Shown: one piece after another, positions 19,369 through 29,726 of the stretch
Layout: each line of letters begins with the position of its first letter
Position numbering within the stretch: the first letter of the stretch is position 1
IMG/VR virus record: IMGVR_UViG_3300033121_001553
Location: 1-64,000 of that record
Length of the DNA: 64,000 bases
DNA from: a virus
Lineage: Duplodnaviria > Caudoviricetes
Reading direction: 5' to 3' (one strand)
Translations under genes and position numbers: made by a program
Notes under the pieces: model-generated
Seen by the model: the letters and a program-made list of their open reading frames with translations, nothing else
Database searches by the model: none
Told to the model about the DNA's origin: nothing

Positions 19369-22262
19369 CAAATAATCCCGCTTCAATTCTTTACAACGTA
19401 AGTGGCAGTGAAATTGCAATTACGGGCGGCGCCCCACTTACAGGTACGCAGCCAGGCATCGTAATTGCAGGACATGATGGAACGTATGTCAGACTGCTTA
19501 AAACAAATATTGATGGTGCGCTTACAACAATAATTTCTGGCTCTACAATATCACTTAGTGTTACTGGCACGGTTGGGCTAGACAGAGGAAATTCTTCTTC
19601 TAATCCGCTATGGACATCCGGATCAGTCACAGTAAGTTTTCCTGCTGTTCAAACCGTTACAGGAACGATAACGGTTGGCAATCAAGTCACCGTTACGGCT
19701 ACAGGATCCATTCCTGTCGTTGGATCTGTATCTGTGTCGAACTTCCCAGCCACGCAGGTCGTCTCAGGAACCGTCGGTCTCGACAGGGGATCGTCGACTG
19801 CGAATCCCATCTGGGTCAGTGGATCTTTCTCAACGACAGCTACAGGCGTTCAGACTGTGACAGGCACGATCGCGCAAGGAGCGCCCAATGGCGATGCTGC
19901 CTCATGGCCAATGAAATTGGCAGGACGACTTGGTAGCTCTTTCTCGCCCGATCCATCCAATTATGTAACTAACGATTACGCACAAGTCAGAATTGATGCG
20001 TCTGGAAGGCTTGAGACTCACTCAGCCGTTACAACAGATGAATTCTCGTTTAGAACTGACTTTTCTGGATCATCGATCACGAGAACATTGAACGGAACTG
20101 TGACATTCACAAACGGATCCACGACGGTGTCTGGTTCTGGAGCATCATTTACGTCGCAAGTTATCAAAAGCACGTACATCAAACTTTCGTCGGATGAAAA
20201 CACGTACTATACGCTTGTCGACAGCGTATACGATGACGATACTATCGTACTTGAAGAACCGTACAATGGAGCGTCGGCGACTGGAACTGCCGTTATCGCA
20301 GACGTCAAACCTTTTGTCGACGCCGGCAGTTCCATTGTAGCCTCGGGCTCATACTTGACGATAACTGTCGGAACAACCACCGGCACGGGAAGCTACATCG
20401 AACGTCCCGCTGACTACTTGCCACTCTCTCTCGCATTCGTTGGATCGATCTCACAACGTATTGCAGGACAAACCGGTTCACTCGGTTTGCGTGATGCGTG
20501 GGACGGTCCAGCTCAAAGAGTCGTCGAAGTTCGCTTCCACGGTACCGACTCGTCAACAGTTGAGTTCGTATCATCAATGGGAGCAGCAGAATCTGACACG
20601 CAACGTACAACCGGTATACCAATTCCACTTCAGGGTGTTACATCAGCTGAACATACGTATAAGATCGATCTATCACATGACATCGCAACGCTCATTATTG
20701 ATGACATTGTATCTGCTGTTCACACACAGCACTTGCCCGGTCCGTACGACTTTCTACACGTTAACGCAGGTATCGAAAATACAGGCACTCCAGCATCGTC
20801 AACGTCACTTGTAATTAATTCGATCTATTTCGATAATTTCAATAGAATAGAGACACGAAATAGTAACAAGAGCGAACCTGATCCTGTCCAAGTTGTCGGA
20901 TCTACGACGGCCGGTATCACGAAAGCCGTTGGCGTCACGACGACGGGAGACATGCATGTCGAATTGGGCGGTTCAAATGTATCTGCGTTTGGTGATATCA
21001 TCACTGTAGGCCTCGTGCCGATCATGCAATTTGACTTCGTCAATCAACTTGTTGTTAGCGGGACAATGACACAATTCGGCGGTCCTATCTTGGCGAGCGG
21101 CGGCGCTGCATCTTCGAGCCTTGGAAGACTACAGCTCAGCACGAACACAAATGTTTCCGGCGCTGCAGTATACGTTAGCAAAAATATTGCACGATACAGA
21201 GCCGGTCAGGGAATCACGGCACGTTTCACGACAGCATTCGCCACTCCTGCGTCTAACTCTGTTCAGATTGTTGGTATGTCTGACGCTAATATAACGTGGA
21301 AGAATAACGCAACAGCCCCCGGTCCTCCAATAACTGCCATAGATGTTAATGACGGATATTTTTTTGGTTATAACGGAACAACGTTTGGCATACGACATAA
21401 AAATGCGCGGGCAGGGACGGACACATGGTATGCTCAAAGCTTGTGGAACATCGATAGGTGCGATGGTTCACGTAGTGCTCTAAACCCGTCTGGATTCAAT
21501 TGGACGCAGACGAACGGAAATGTGATGCAAATAAGGTATCCTTACCTAGGATACGGTGACATCAAATTCTATGTTCAGAACTCAGACACGGGAACATGGA
21601 TACTATGTCACCTGATCAAATATACGAATAGCTCAGCGCAAGTCCAGGTCAGTAATCCAAGTATGTATTTCTTTGCACAAGCGAAAAATACAGGTAATAC
21701 ATCCAATCTGCAGATGTATATCGGATCAGTTGGCGTGTTTCTAGCTGGTGTCAGAGAATACCTCGGACCGTCTTACGGTCTAGACGCTAGGATCAACAAC
21801 AACGGAACGAACAACGAGCTTCCGATCATCTCCCTACGAAACTGCACGTCGTTCAATGGGATACCCAACAGGGGAGTTGTACGCTTGCGTTCTGTTGCAT
21901 TCTCAGGCGACGGCGCCGCCACGGACGTCAGGTTCAGGATCCGCAGGAATCCTACGCTGACGGGAGCGACTTTTGCTAACGCGATATACGGAACAATCAC
22001 TGGTGGTTCCGCTGGATACATTATCACAAACGGACAGTCCATAGTTGCCGCCGATACAGCAGCATCAGCAGTGGCTGCGGTGACCGTCGGCGCCTCCGAC
22101 GTCGTCTTCAACGGCGTCGCCTCACGCTACACGGGATATCAAGTTGATCTAACTCCGTACGATATCTTCATCGTTCCTGGCGATACATACACTTTTACCA
22201 TGACTTCAACAGCAAATAATAACTCAGTTCAGGTCGCAGTCAACTGGCACGAGGATATATGA
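19365..22262 (+). CDS. Tail fibre / receptor-binding-like protein (about 965 aa)
   Basis: ATG at 19365 overlaps the previous TGA; T/S/G/V-rich; internal GTVGLDRG..NP.W.SGS repeats; GTVTFTNGSTTVSG module. Confidence 0.7.
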   Translation: MTNNPASILYNVSGSEIAITGGAPLTGTQPGIVIAGHDGTYVRLLKTNIDGALTTIISGSTISLSVTGTVGLDRGNSSSNPLWTSGSVTVSFPAVQTVTGTITVGNQVTVTATGSIPVVGSVSVSNFPATQVVSGTVGLDRGSSTANPIWVSGSFSTTATGVQTVTGTIAQGAPNGDAASWPMKLAGRLGSSFSPDPSNYVTNDYAQVRIDASGRLETHSAVTTDEFSFRTDFSGSSITRTLNGTVTFTNGSTTVSGSGASFTSQVIKSTYIKLSSDENTYYTLVDSVYDDDTIVLEEPYNGASATGTAVIADVKPFVDAGSSIVASGSYLTITVGTTTGTGSYIERPADYLPLSLAFVGSISQRIAGQTGSLGLRDAWDGPAQRVVEVRFHGTDSSTVEFVSSMGAAESDTQRTTGIPIPLQGVTSAEHTYKIDLSHDIATLIIDDIVSAVHTQHLPGPYDFLHVNAGIENTGTPASSTSLVINSIYFDNFNRIETRNSNKSEPDPVQVVGSTTAGITKAVGVTTTGDMHVELGGSNVSAFGDIITVGLVPIMQFDFVNQLVVSGTMTQFGGPILASGGAASSSLGRLQLSTNTNVSGAAVYVSKNIARYRAGQGITARFTTAFATPASNSVQIVGMSDANITWKNNATAPGPPITAIDVNDGYFFGYNGTTFGIRHKNARAGTDTWYAQSLWNIDRCDGSRSALNPSGFNWTQTNGNVMQIRYPYLGYGDIKFYVQNSDTGTWILCHLIKYTNSSAQVQVSNPSMYFFAQAKNTGNTSNLQMYIGSVGVFLAGVREYLGPSYGLDARINNNGTNNELPIISLRNCTSFNGIPNRGVVRLRSVAFSGDGAATDVRFRIRRNPTLTGATFANAIYGTITGGSAGYIITNGQSIVAADTAASAVAAVTVGASDVVFNGVASRYTGYQVDLTPYDIFIVPGDTYTFTMTSTANNNSVQVAVNWHEDI

Positions 22263-23692
22263 ACATGAACGCGAACGTATCTTTCAACGCCACTGCTGTC
22301 GTGGACGGCTATTGGCCTCTCGTACGAAATATCGCCACATCAAGATACCTGCGTTTGCAGTATGTCGAAGATGATCGATCGTATGTCATCTTTGCGATTG
22401 ACGAGAACGTTATCTATAAGTGCGTTCTTGTAAAAAATTCAGAATCAGAAACGTTCGACTCGACTTACACAGCAGAAGATAACGACGCCGATCTAGAAGA
22501 GTGGTCATCATCGTATAAATCGCTGTCGAATCGTTCAATCGGCGAGGTGAACGAGAAAGGTATAAAGCAGATCGTCGACGCGCCTAGAACAGGCACTGAG
22601 GTTATTTACACAACTCATAACTTGTGCGACAAATGTTCGTGGTTCGAGGAGTCGATCAGAGTAACAGGAGAAACTCTGGTGAACTCTGGAGATAATCTCG
22701 TGTTCACAAGTGCGCATCCGTTCTGGATAGACATGGTATCTGGTAGAGTGCAAGATGACGATGGCTTGGTCGCAGAGCAGAAAGCAAGAAACCCCGGTAG
22801 CCCACATGGTTACGAAGTTATTGGTTACGTTGACGGTACACGTGTTGAAATGAGAGAACCATTCGAAAACTCAGGTGGAACGTACGAAGTTCTCTGGGCA
22901 TCTGGATCAGTTAGATTTTTCTCACCTGTCACTGGAACAGTAACATTCGACTATTCATACGCCGATGGATCAACTTTCATTCTACGTCCTTTCGACGGAA
23001 AAGATCTTTATATCGAAGCTGCTGAAGCTGACTTCACGCACGATGTTGTCATGACAGATGGCGTTGAATACAACGTTTACGGTTACGTCGAAGCATACGC
23101 CAAACAATACGCTTACACGCCTGTGACTGGGACGATATCGTTCACAAGCGGTTCGACATCAGTGACGGGAGTTGGTACGCTCTTTACGTCGACGTTTCAA
23201 GCAGGCGACTACACTCGTCTTGAAAGCGATGCAGCTGAGGTTATCAATGTTGTTGCAGCTGTCATTAATGATCAGTCGATGACGCTAGCATTTCCGTACG
23301 CAGGAACGTCAGGTCAGTCAGCGACCGGCAGAGTAGTGAAGTCATCATCGCCTACCGGAATATACCCGAATGGGACACGTATTCCGCTTCAGCGTACGCG
23401 GTACAAACGATTCAGTAATATTGTTCAAGAAGCGATTGGCTCGCACCCGACAGTACCAGCTATCGGCGCATCAGCAACGGAGTTGGCTGAAACTGATATG
23501 CACGAGTTCAGACGTTGCAGCCGCGGATTTAAAAAACCAACTCAAGCGATACCATTTAGGTACGCAACAATGCGCGAGCTAACTTCAACAACTGGCCTTG
23601 AGCTACATGTAAAAACAAGTCATGATCGCTCTTTCGAAGGAGAAAGTGCTACGCTTACGTTTTATTGTACATCACATGACGCGGATGAGTAA
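22259..23692 (+). CDS. Putative tail-associated structural protein
   Basis: Contains GTISFTSGSTSVTGVGTLFT module homologous to the one in the upstream fibre. Confidence 0.65.
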   Translation: MNMNANVSFNATAVVDGYWPLVRNIATSRYLRLQYVEDDRSYVIFAIDENVIYKCVLVKNSESETFDSTYTAEDNDADLEEWSSSYKSLSNRSIGEVNEKGIKQIVDAPRTGTEVIYTTHNLCDKCSWFEESIRVTGETLVNSGDNLVFTSAHPFWIDMVSGRVQDDDGLVAEQKARNPGSPHGYEVIGYVDGTRVEMREPFENSGGTYEVLWASGSVRFFSPVTGTVTFDYSYADGSTFILRPFDGKDLYIEAAEADFTHDVVMTDGVEYNVYGYVEAYAKQYAYTPVTGTISFTSGSTSVTGVGTLFTSTFQAGDYTRLESDAAEVINVVAAVINDQSMTLAFPYAGTSGQSATGRVVKSSSPTGIYPNGTRIPLQRTRYKRFSNIVQEAIGSHPTVPAIGASATELAETDMHEFRRCSRGFKKPTQAIPFRYATMRELTSTTGLELHVKTSHDRSFEGESATLTFYCTSHDADE

Positions 23693-23700
23693 TTACTTCC

Positions 23701-24570
23701 ATGAAAGCGTTGGTGCTATCGGGTGGTGGTGTTAAGGGCGCGTATCAAGTAGGCGTTCTGAAATATTTGCTAGGCGAAAGAAATACAAATTATGATATCA
23801 TCTGCGGCGTATCAGTTGGTGCGCTTAACGCTGCTGGACTTTGCAACGGCAAAAAAACGCCAGCAGAATCAGTCGAATGGCTTGAAAATTTCTGGCTTAC
23901 ACAAATTTGCGGTAATAACTCAATTTACAAACGATGGTTTCCATTTGGCAAACTGCATTCATTGTGGAAACAGTCGATATATAATTCATCGCCGCTGTCG
24001 TGTCTAATAGAACAAAATCTAAGTATTGATGCGATAAGAGCAAGCGGTAAACAAATTGCTGTTGGCGCTGTCTGCATTGATAACGCTAAGCATTATTTTG
24101 CGACGCAAGATAACGATGATTTTCATAAGTGGGTTCTTGCATCATCAAGTTTTCCATGCTTTTTTCTTCCAATCGAGATAGATGGAAAATTGTGGAGCGA
24201 TGGCGGAATCATAAATGTAACTCCACTTGGGCAAGCCATTCGTATGGGTGCAACTGAGATAGACATTATAATGTGCAGCAACCCGTGGAATCCGTCATCT
24301 TGGACATCAAAACGTAAAACTGCAATTCCAGATCAACTAATCCGCACGCTAACATTGATGAGTGAACAAATTATGCGTGTTGACATTAATGTTGTTGGAC
24401 TCAAAAATGATCTTGCAACGATAAATCAGAAATATAAAATAATATCTGTGAATTTGATCATGCCAGAAAGCGAACTCACGAATGATTCGCTTGAGTTTGA
24501 TCCAGCAAGTATACGCGAAATGATCGATATAGGTTACAAAGACGCGTTTAAGATTAAAAAAATAGTTTAA
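23701..24570 (+). CDS. Patatin-like phospholipase 1
   Basis: LVLSGGGVKGAY, GVSVG nucleophile, DGG; 289 aa, TAA stop. Confidence 0.92.
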   Translation: MKALVLSGGGVKGAYQVGVLKYLLGERNTNYDIICGVSVGALNAAGLCNGKKTPAESVEWLENFWLTQICGNNSIYKRWFPFGKLHSLWKQSIYNSSPLSCLIEQNLSIDAIRASGKQIAVGAVCIDNAKHYFATQDNDDFHKWVLASSSFPCFFLPIEIDGKLWSDGGIINVTPLGQAIRMGATEIDIIMCSNPWNPSSWTSKRKTAIPDQLIRTLTLMSEQIMRVDINVVGLKNDLATINQKYKIISVNLIMPESELTNDSLEFDPASIREMIDIGYKDAFKIKKIV

Positions 24571-25055
24571 TGTCGCTATTCCAGCTAAGAAATGTAAATT
24601 TTGGTAAGTCGAAAGCAAACGCAACAGGTACGCTTGGTGTTGGATACACTGTTTATGATGCAACAGGCACGATCGTAACATCTCGTACTACAAGTGGTGT
24701 ATACCAAATTCTAACTGGCAGCGGACTGTATGCAGCATACGTCGAATTTCCAGATAACTTTCGAGGTCAGATCGTCTGGGATACGGGAACAATTTTTGCT
24801 ACAGCATCTTTTGCTACTGAGCAATACAATTACGAAGAAAATAACCCAAAGGTTGATAGCATCGATACACGTACAATGCAGATGTCGGGAACAATCGCCC
24901 AGTTGTACGATGTGCAATATGGAAGATGGAAAATTGTTAGCAATCAAATGATTTTCTATAAAGAAGACAATTCAACAGTTGTTGCAACGTATAACTTGTA
25001 CGATCAAGGTGGCGTACCAACGATGGACGCTGTGTTTGAAAGAACAAAAGTGTGA
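24570..25055 (+). CDS. Hypothetical (likely structural) protein
   Basis: 161 aa, beta-rich; TAATG coupling. Confidence 0.7.
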   Translation: MSLFQLRNVNFGKSKANATGTLGVGYTVYDATGTIVTSRTTSGVYQILTGSGLYAAYVEFPDNFRGQIVWDTGTIFATASFATEQYNYEENNPKVDSIDTRTMQMSGTIAQLYDVQYGRWKIVSNQMIFYKEDNSTVVATYNLYDQGGVPTMDAVFERTKV

Positions 25056-25396
25056 ATCGAATAATCACTCGTGGGCTTGGTACGACACGCGGTGCAGCAG
25101 GACGCGCTGGTCTTGTAACATCTGGGTACGGTGGTATTTTTACGTCTATTGCTGAATTTGCAAGAAGAATTAGATACGGTAAATCTGGCGACAGACGTGA
25201 CTACTACGATAAGATTGTGGTATGGGCCGGTCTAAAAACAGTAAATGATGAAAAACCAAATGAAAAGATAAATGGTACTGACTCAGCTACGATACCTGGT
25301 CCAGAAATCAAAGTTAAGTCATCGCTTGTTCATGCTGGCGCAGCTTATGCATTCGAAAAAATAAAAATCATCGTTCGACGATTGAAAGATAATTTA
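25052..25396 (+). CDS. Hypothetical protein; ends at TTA
   Basis: IITRGLG..LVTSGYG start; TTA at 25394-25396, 5 nt before the next ATG. Confidence 0.65.
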
Positions 25397-25401
25397 AAAA
25401 C

Positions 25402-25839
25402 ATGAACGAAGCTGTTGAACTAAACGTTGACGAATCAAACGAACTGTCATTCATGATCAAGATAGAGGGCGCGCAGTCTAACGAAGCGCGTGTTCGTCTC
25501 GTTCTCGAGGGCGACGGCGGTATATCGTACATGTTCGCTGGTCGTGGTACGAACGAAGATGGTGTCGTAACGTTCAAGATTCCATCGATGGAGCAGAAGC
25601 TCGCAGAGGGAACGTACAACGCGCGTGTTGAAGTGCTCGTAGAGAGCAGGTACTTCGAACCAACAACATTCAAACTAAAATTCAATAAACCTGTGAAAGT
25701 TGTATCAGAAGGTATCGTATCAAAGCACGTTGAAAAGCAAAAAGCCGTAACTGTAACAGCTCAGCCGATACACGTTGTTCAACGTCAAACAAGTGCTGAT
25801 GACACCACAAAACGTAAAAAGATTATAAGATTCTCATTA
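25402..25839 (+). CDS. Hypothetical Ig-like / structural protein; ends at TTA
   Basis: LSF.IKIEG..RLV..G.V...IP....EG.Y...VEV.V...YF.P; TTA at 25837-25839. Confidence 0.65.
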
Positions 25840-25850
25840 GATTATCTTAT

Positions 25851-26708
25851 ATGACAAGAGCGTTGGTGCTATCGGGCGGTGGAGTAAAAGGAGCATTTCA
25901 AGTTGGAGCGCTCATGCACAGCATGGGCGATCTTGGACGTGACTACGACATCATCTGTGGTGTGTCTGTTGGAGCGCTTAACGCAGCTGGACTTTGCAAC
26001 GTCAAACGTGGCATGCCGTCGTACGCATCGTCAAATCTCAGGCAGTTCTGGGAGCATGAAGTTTCTAGCAAGACCATCTACAAACGATGGTTTCCGTTTG
26101 GTCGACTTCATTCGCTTTGGAAGAAGTCTGTATACGACTCTTCTCCGCTTCGCAAGCTTGTCCAGTCAAACATCGATTACGAAAAAATACAACGTTGCGG
26201 AAGAGACGTTGCTGTTGGCGCTGTCTGTCTGAATACTGGTGAGATGCGCTACGTAACACAAAAAAATGAAAATTTTATCGACTGGACAATAGCCTCTGCG
26301 AGCTTTCCGATTTTTTTTGAACCAGTAGAGATAGAAGGACAGCTATGGAGCGATGGCGGCATCAACAACATAACTCCGCTTGGGCAAGCCATTCGTATGG
26401 GTGCAACTGAGATAGATGTGATCGTATGCTCACCGCGTGGCAGACAAGGATGGCGTTCGATGACGAAGCGAGCTGTCCCAGATCAGATCATGCGTACGTT
26501 TGATCTTATGTCTGGATGCATCGCCGATAATGACTTGCATTTCTGTGAGCTAAAGAACGATCAGCCGACATTCAAGCATATCGCTGTCAACGTTATCGCG
26601 CCAGAAGCAGAGCTAACAGACAACTCGCTTGACTTCTCACGTTACACGATCGCTCGTTGCATCAATGCTGGGTACGAGTCAGCGCTGAAGACCTTCAGCG
26701 CTTCTTTA
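25851..26708 (+). CDS. Patatin-like phospholipase 2; ends at TTA
   Basis: GGGVKG, GVSVG, DGG; with the TTA stop it is 285 aa and co-terminal with its 289-aa paralog. Confidence 0.9.
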
Positions 26709-27003
26709 GCTCACACTGCTCAATTTCAGCGCATGACTTTACCTGCATCACGCAAGCTGGCTGCAGCCATACGCCGTTGTCTTGAAGATGCGTGCACAGC
26801 TGCTCGCAAGTTGTTCCGTCTGGAAGCGGTTTTCCCTCATCGCAGTCCTTGATGTGCTCGCATGCAGCTGCGCATAGATGAGTATCGGTTAGAACCGGTG
26901 GGCGTGGCTCTGGCAGCTTCCTGGATGGTTCGCAGGAACACCCACCAGCCATAGCCAGTGACACCATAAAAAATCCTATTACCCTGGTTACGGTTTTCAT
27001 CAT
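26695..27003 (-). CDS. Cys-rich putative lipoprotein
   Basis: Hydrophobic N-terminus ending LAMAGGC; CxxxCxxxxxC..CxxxC..C..C..C pattern. Confidence 0.6.
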   Translation of the reverse strand: MMKTVTRVIGFFMVSLAMAGGCSCEPSRKLPEPRPPVLTDTHLCAAACEHIKDCDEGKPLPDGTTCEQLCTHLQDNGVWLQPACVMQVKSCAEIEQCELKKR

Positions 27004-27755
27004 ACAGTTAGAACCCAAAAATCCTTAGCTTCACCAACTCGCAAATACTCATACGGCATACGACAGTGTCCAGAGTCGCCCCACGACTCGCCCCATGAAT
27101 TTCTAACAAGGAATTGCTTCGATGAACGATCGTACCCAACGATGCACATAGCATGAGAACCGATAGAGCTCTTCGACACGTCTGGTAGACGTACATCACC
27201 GCTGCACTGCTGGAACTCGCTCCAGATTTTCACGCCAAATACGACTGGATGCTTCGCTGCGAGCGCTATCTCGATCTCTGAGCAGAGCTGATCGAAGTTC
27301 TCGTGATCGATCCTGTAGTATGCACCGATCCTGTGCATGTACGCTTCTCTATACGCACGCCACGGTGGTCTTATGTAAACGTTTGAAACATCGTACTGCC
27401 ATGCGCTTTCGCTGCATGTACCAAAAGTTGCAAGCGACTTCATCGCGTCTCTGATGTAGCAGCCCTGATCGGCATGCGTTTCATTCATCGCAACTCTCGC
27501 GTTGTAGTAAACGAACAGACGAGAAAGATCAACATGCTGTTTGCCTGAGATCAAGTTGCGTATCTCAAGCGCTGAAACGACTGAGTTGCCAACACAAGAG
27601 CTCAGCTCGGCTTGCTGTTCAACAGGTGGACTCCACGGCAGCAAGTCGTATTTGTTTGGTGTCGTTCCTTCGACGATCAGTCCAGCCGAACAAAACTTGT
27701 AGTCTTCGTTGCAGCTTGGATCTTCTCGCCATCCGTTAAGTTTAATCGTTGCCAT
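27000..27755 (-). CDS. Papain-family (C1A) cysteine peptidase
   Basis: QQAELSSCVG, LSRLFVYYNAR, GSHAMCIVGYD, FLVRNSWGESWGD.G. Confidence 0.93.
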   Translation of the reverse strand: MATIKLNGWREDPSCNEDYKFCSAGLIVEGTTPNKYDLLPWSPPVEQQAELSSCVGNSVVSALEIRNLISGKQHVDLSRLFVYYNARVAMNETHADQGCYIRDAMKSLATFGTCSESAWQYDVSNVYIRPPWRAYREAYMHRIGAYYRIDHENFDQLCSEIEIALAAKHPVVFGVKIWSEFQQCSGDVRLPDVSKSSIGSHAMCIVGYDRSSKQFLVRNSWGESWGDSGHCRMPYEYLRVGEAKDFWVLTV

Positions 27756-28686
27756 CCTGACGACTTATAAGTATGTCTTCAACTAGATCTGCGAAGTTCT
27801 GTGCCAGAGGAACTGAATTGATTGTCTGCTGCGGAGTTTCTGTGCTATTATCTGACCGTACTACAAGCGTTGCAATGCAGTCGATAAACATAGCAGCAAA
27901 TTTATCTGTGAAGTCATCGTATCTGATCTGATCAACGTAGTGTTTCTCAATTTGAATGAGCTGTTTGCAGTACTCTCCAATAGCACGTTCTGACTTATCT
28001 GACATGAAGAAGAACGTACTCCTGAAAGCAGCAAAGATGCTCACGTCTGGCGCAAGACCATTAGCTGCATTACTCAACGCTTTGTACAACGCGTGTTCAA
28101 CTGAATTCTTTGTGTCATAGAGCGATTGACTGTAGCTACGTTTGTTGCGCTCGAATTCATCGTAGCGGTGTTGTTTCATGTACTCAGCGATCTTCTTGTA
28201 CCCGTTCGACTCAAGGTACCTAACGAATACAAGAAAATCTTGAGCTTCGATTTCAACGTCAGTAATGCAGTTGAGCGTGCTCACCGCTGATTGGACGTCG
28301 GCACTAACATGATATTCATACTCTCCGCCCACATCTTCTATTCTAAGATCAAGAAATTTACTTAGCAAAACGTCTATAGAGTCGGGTGGCGTGAGACCAC
28401 CGCCTCCGTCACCGATGAGATCTATAAATCTTTCGAACGACATGTTACCACCAGTATCTGTAATGTACGTAAAACGTGGATCGTTCATGAGCTCAAGCAT
28501 CTCAAATGCATATTTGCTGCCGATTGTGTTTACGAGCGCTCTGTAGTGCATACCAACGTACCACGTAAAAATGCTCAAAATTTTATCATAGCTAAGTTCT
28601 TCAAATTCAGATGACACATACGCAAGGTGACGTTTAAGATTTGAACGATTACAAATACGTCTTGCAAATTTTTCGTAGATATTCAT
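27742..28686 (-). CDS. Hypothetical acidic helical protein (array member)
   Basis: 314 aa; starts MNIYEKFARRI, similar to the neighbour's MNYENYAKRI; both have EDF/QDF..F..YL...G...IA.Y. Confidence 0.75.
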   Translation of the reverse strand: MNIYEKFARRICNRSNLKRHLAYVSSEFEELSYDKILSIFTWYVGMHYRALVNTIGSKYAFEMLELMNDPRFTYITDTGGNMSFERFIDLIGDGGGGLTPPDSIDVLLSKFLDLRIEDVGGEYEYHVSADVQSAVSTLNCITDVEIEAQDFLVFVRYLESNGYKKIAEYMKQHRYDEFERNKRSYSQSLYDTKNSVEHALYKALSNAANGLAPDVSIFAAFRSTFFFMSDKSERAIGEYCKQLIQIEKHYVDQIRYDDFTDKFAAMFIDCIATLVVRSDNSTETPQQTINSVPLAQNFADLVEDILISRQDGND

Positions 28687-28688
28687 TT

Positions 28689-29702
28689 TTACATCATGTT
28701 CTTTGGTGGATTGAAAGCCAAGTGATCAGCGATTAGCTCTTTGACAGCGTTATCGAAAAATTCGACGAAACCAGCGGCAAGCGATGAAAATTCGTAAGCA
28801 TCACGAGCTATCTGAGCGTAGTCTGACTTGTACCACGCTGAGTACATTGACGACTTCAGCGAATCTAGCCCACTCTCGCTCAGCAAGCGCAGCGCGTTAT
28901 CTCCAACTTGTATCATGCTACGTATGAGATAACTCAGCTCGCTGCTGCTCAGCTCGCTCAACTTCAAGCTGAACGGTGCTTCAACATCGATTGCAGCGAT
29001 GTCTTTCGCGTAAAGATTGAAAGCTTCTCTAACTGTTGCGTCACCATCGAAATAGTAGCTCTGAATGCACGATACGATTGATTTATCGTAATAAATTGAT
29101 TCGTTGACGTATTTCTCCACATCACGCTTCAGTTTTCTACGAAACTCTTGTAGCTTTCTCTCTTCATACGCTGTGTACCGATCTTTATTTTTGTTACGTT
29201 CGTTCCACAAGTACGCTGCAATACGAGCGTGTCCGCCACGCTTCAAGTAGTCTGCGAATGTGATAAAATCTTCAGCGTCAGATTGAATCAACTCTTTGAA
29301 GAATTTGACAAGTCCATCAGATATCTGTTCCATTACTTGATCGAACTGGCTCTGTATATCAGATATTCTTGCTCTCGTGAACATCATGTAGATATTGCTT
29401 GTGTCTGTATCGTTACCAAGCGCAATTATCTGATCAATAGTTTCGCTGATGTTGTAACCTGAGCTTATACTGTATATGACTTCGCTCATGTACGGTTCAT
29501 CAAAAAGCTTCAGTACATCTTCGGCGAGATCACCGAAACTTTCTTGCAACTCTCTGTAAATGCATCCAACGTAGTAGATAAAGCTTTTAAGAACGAACTG
29601 TGGTTTTTTTTTCCTATAATCTTCAAATTCGCCATAATAAACAGCGCTTCCTTGACTTGCAGCGAGTCGAAAGATGCGTTTCGCGTAATTTTCGTAATTC
29701 AT
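28689..29702 (-). CDS. Hypothetical acidic helical protein (array member)
   Basis: About 337 aa; paralogous motifs with 27742..28686. Confidence 0.75.
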   Translation of the reverse strand: MNYENYAKRIFRLAASQGSAVYYGEFEDYRKKKPQFVLKSFIYYVGCIYRELQESFGDLAEDVLKLFDEPYMSEVIYSISSGYNISETIDQIIALGNDTDTSNIYMMFTRARISDIQSQFDQVMEQISDGLVKFFKELIQSDAEDFITFADYLKRGGHARIAAYLWNERNKNKDRYTAYEERKLQEFRRKLKRDVEKYVNESIYYDKSIVSCIQSYYFDGDATVREAFNLYAKDIAAIDVEAPFSLKLSELSSSELSYLIRSMIQVGDNALRLLSESGLDSLKSSMYSAWYKSDYAQIARDAYEFSSLAAGFVEFFDNAVKELIADHLAFNPPKNMM

Positions 29703-29726
29703 CAGCATTCACCCAAAAGTATCACA

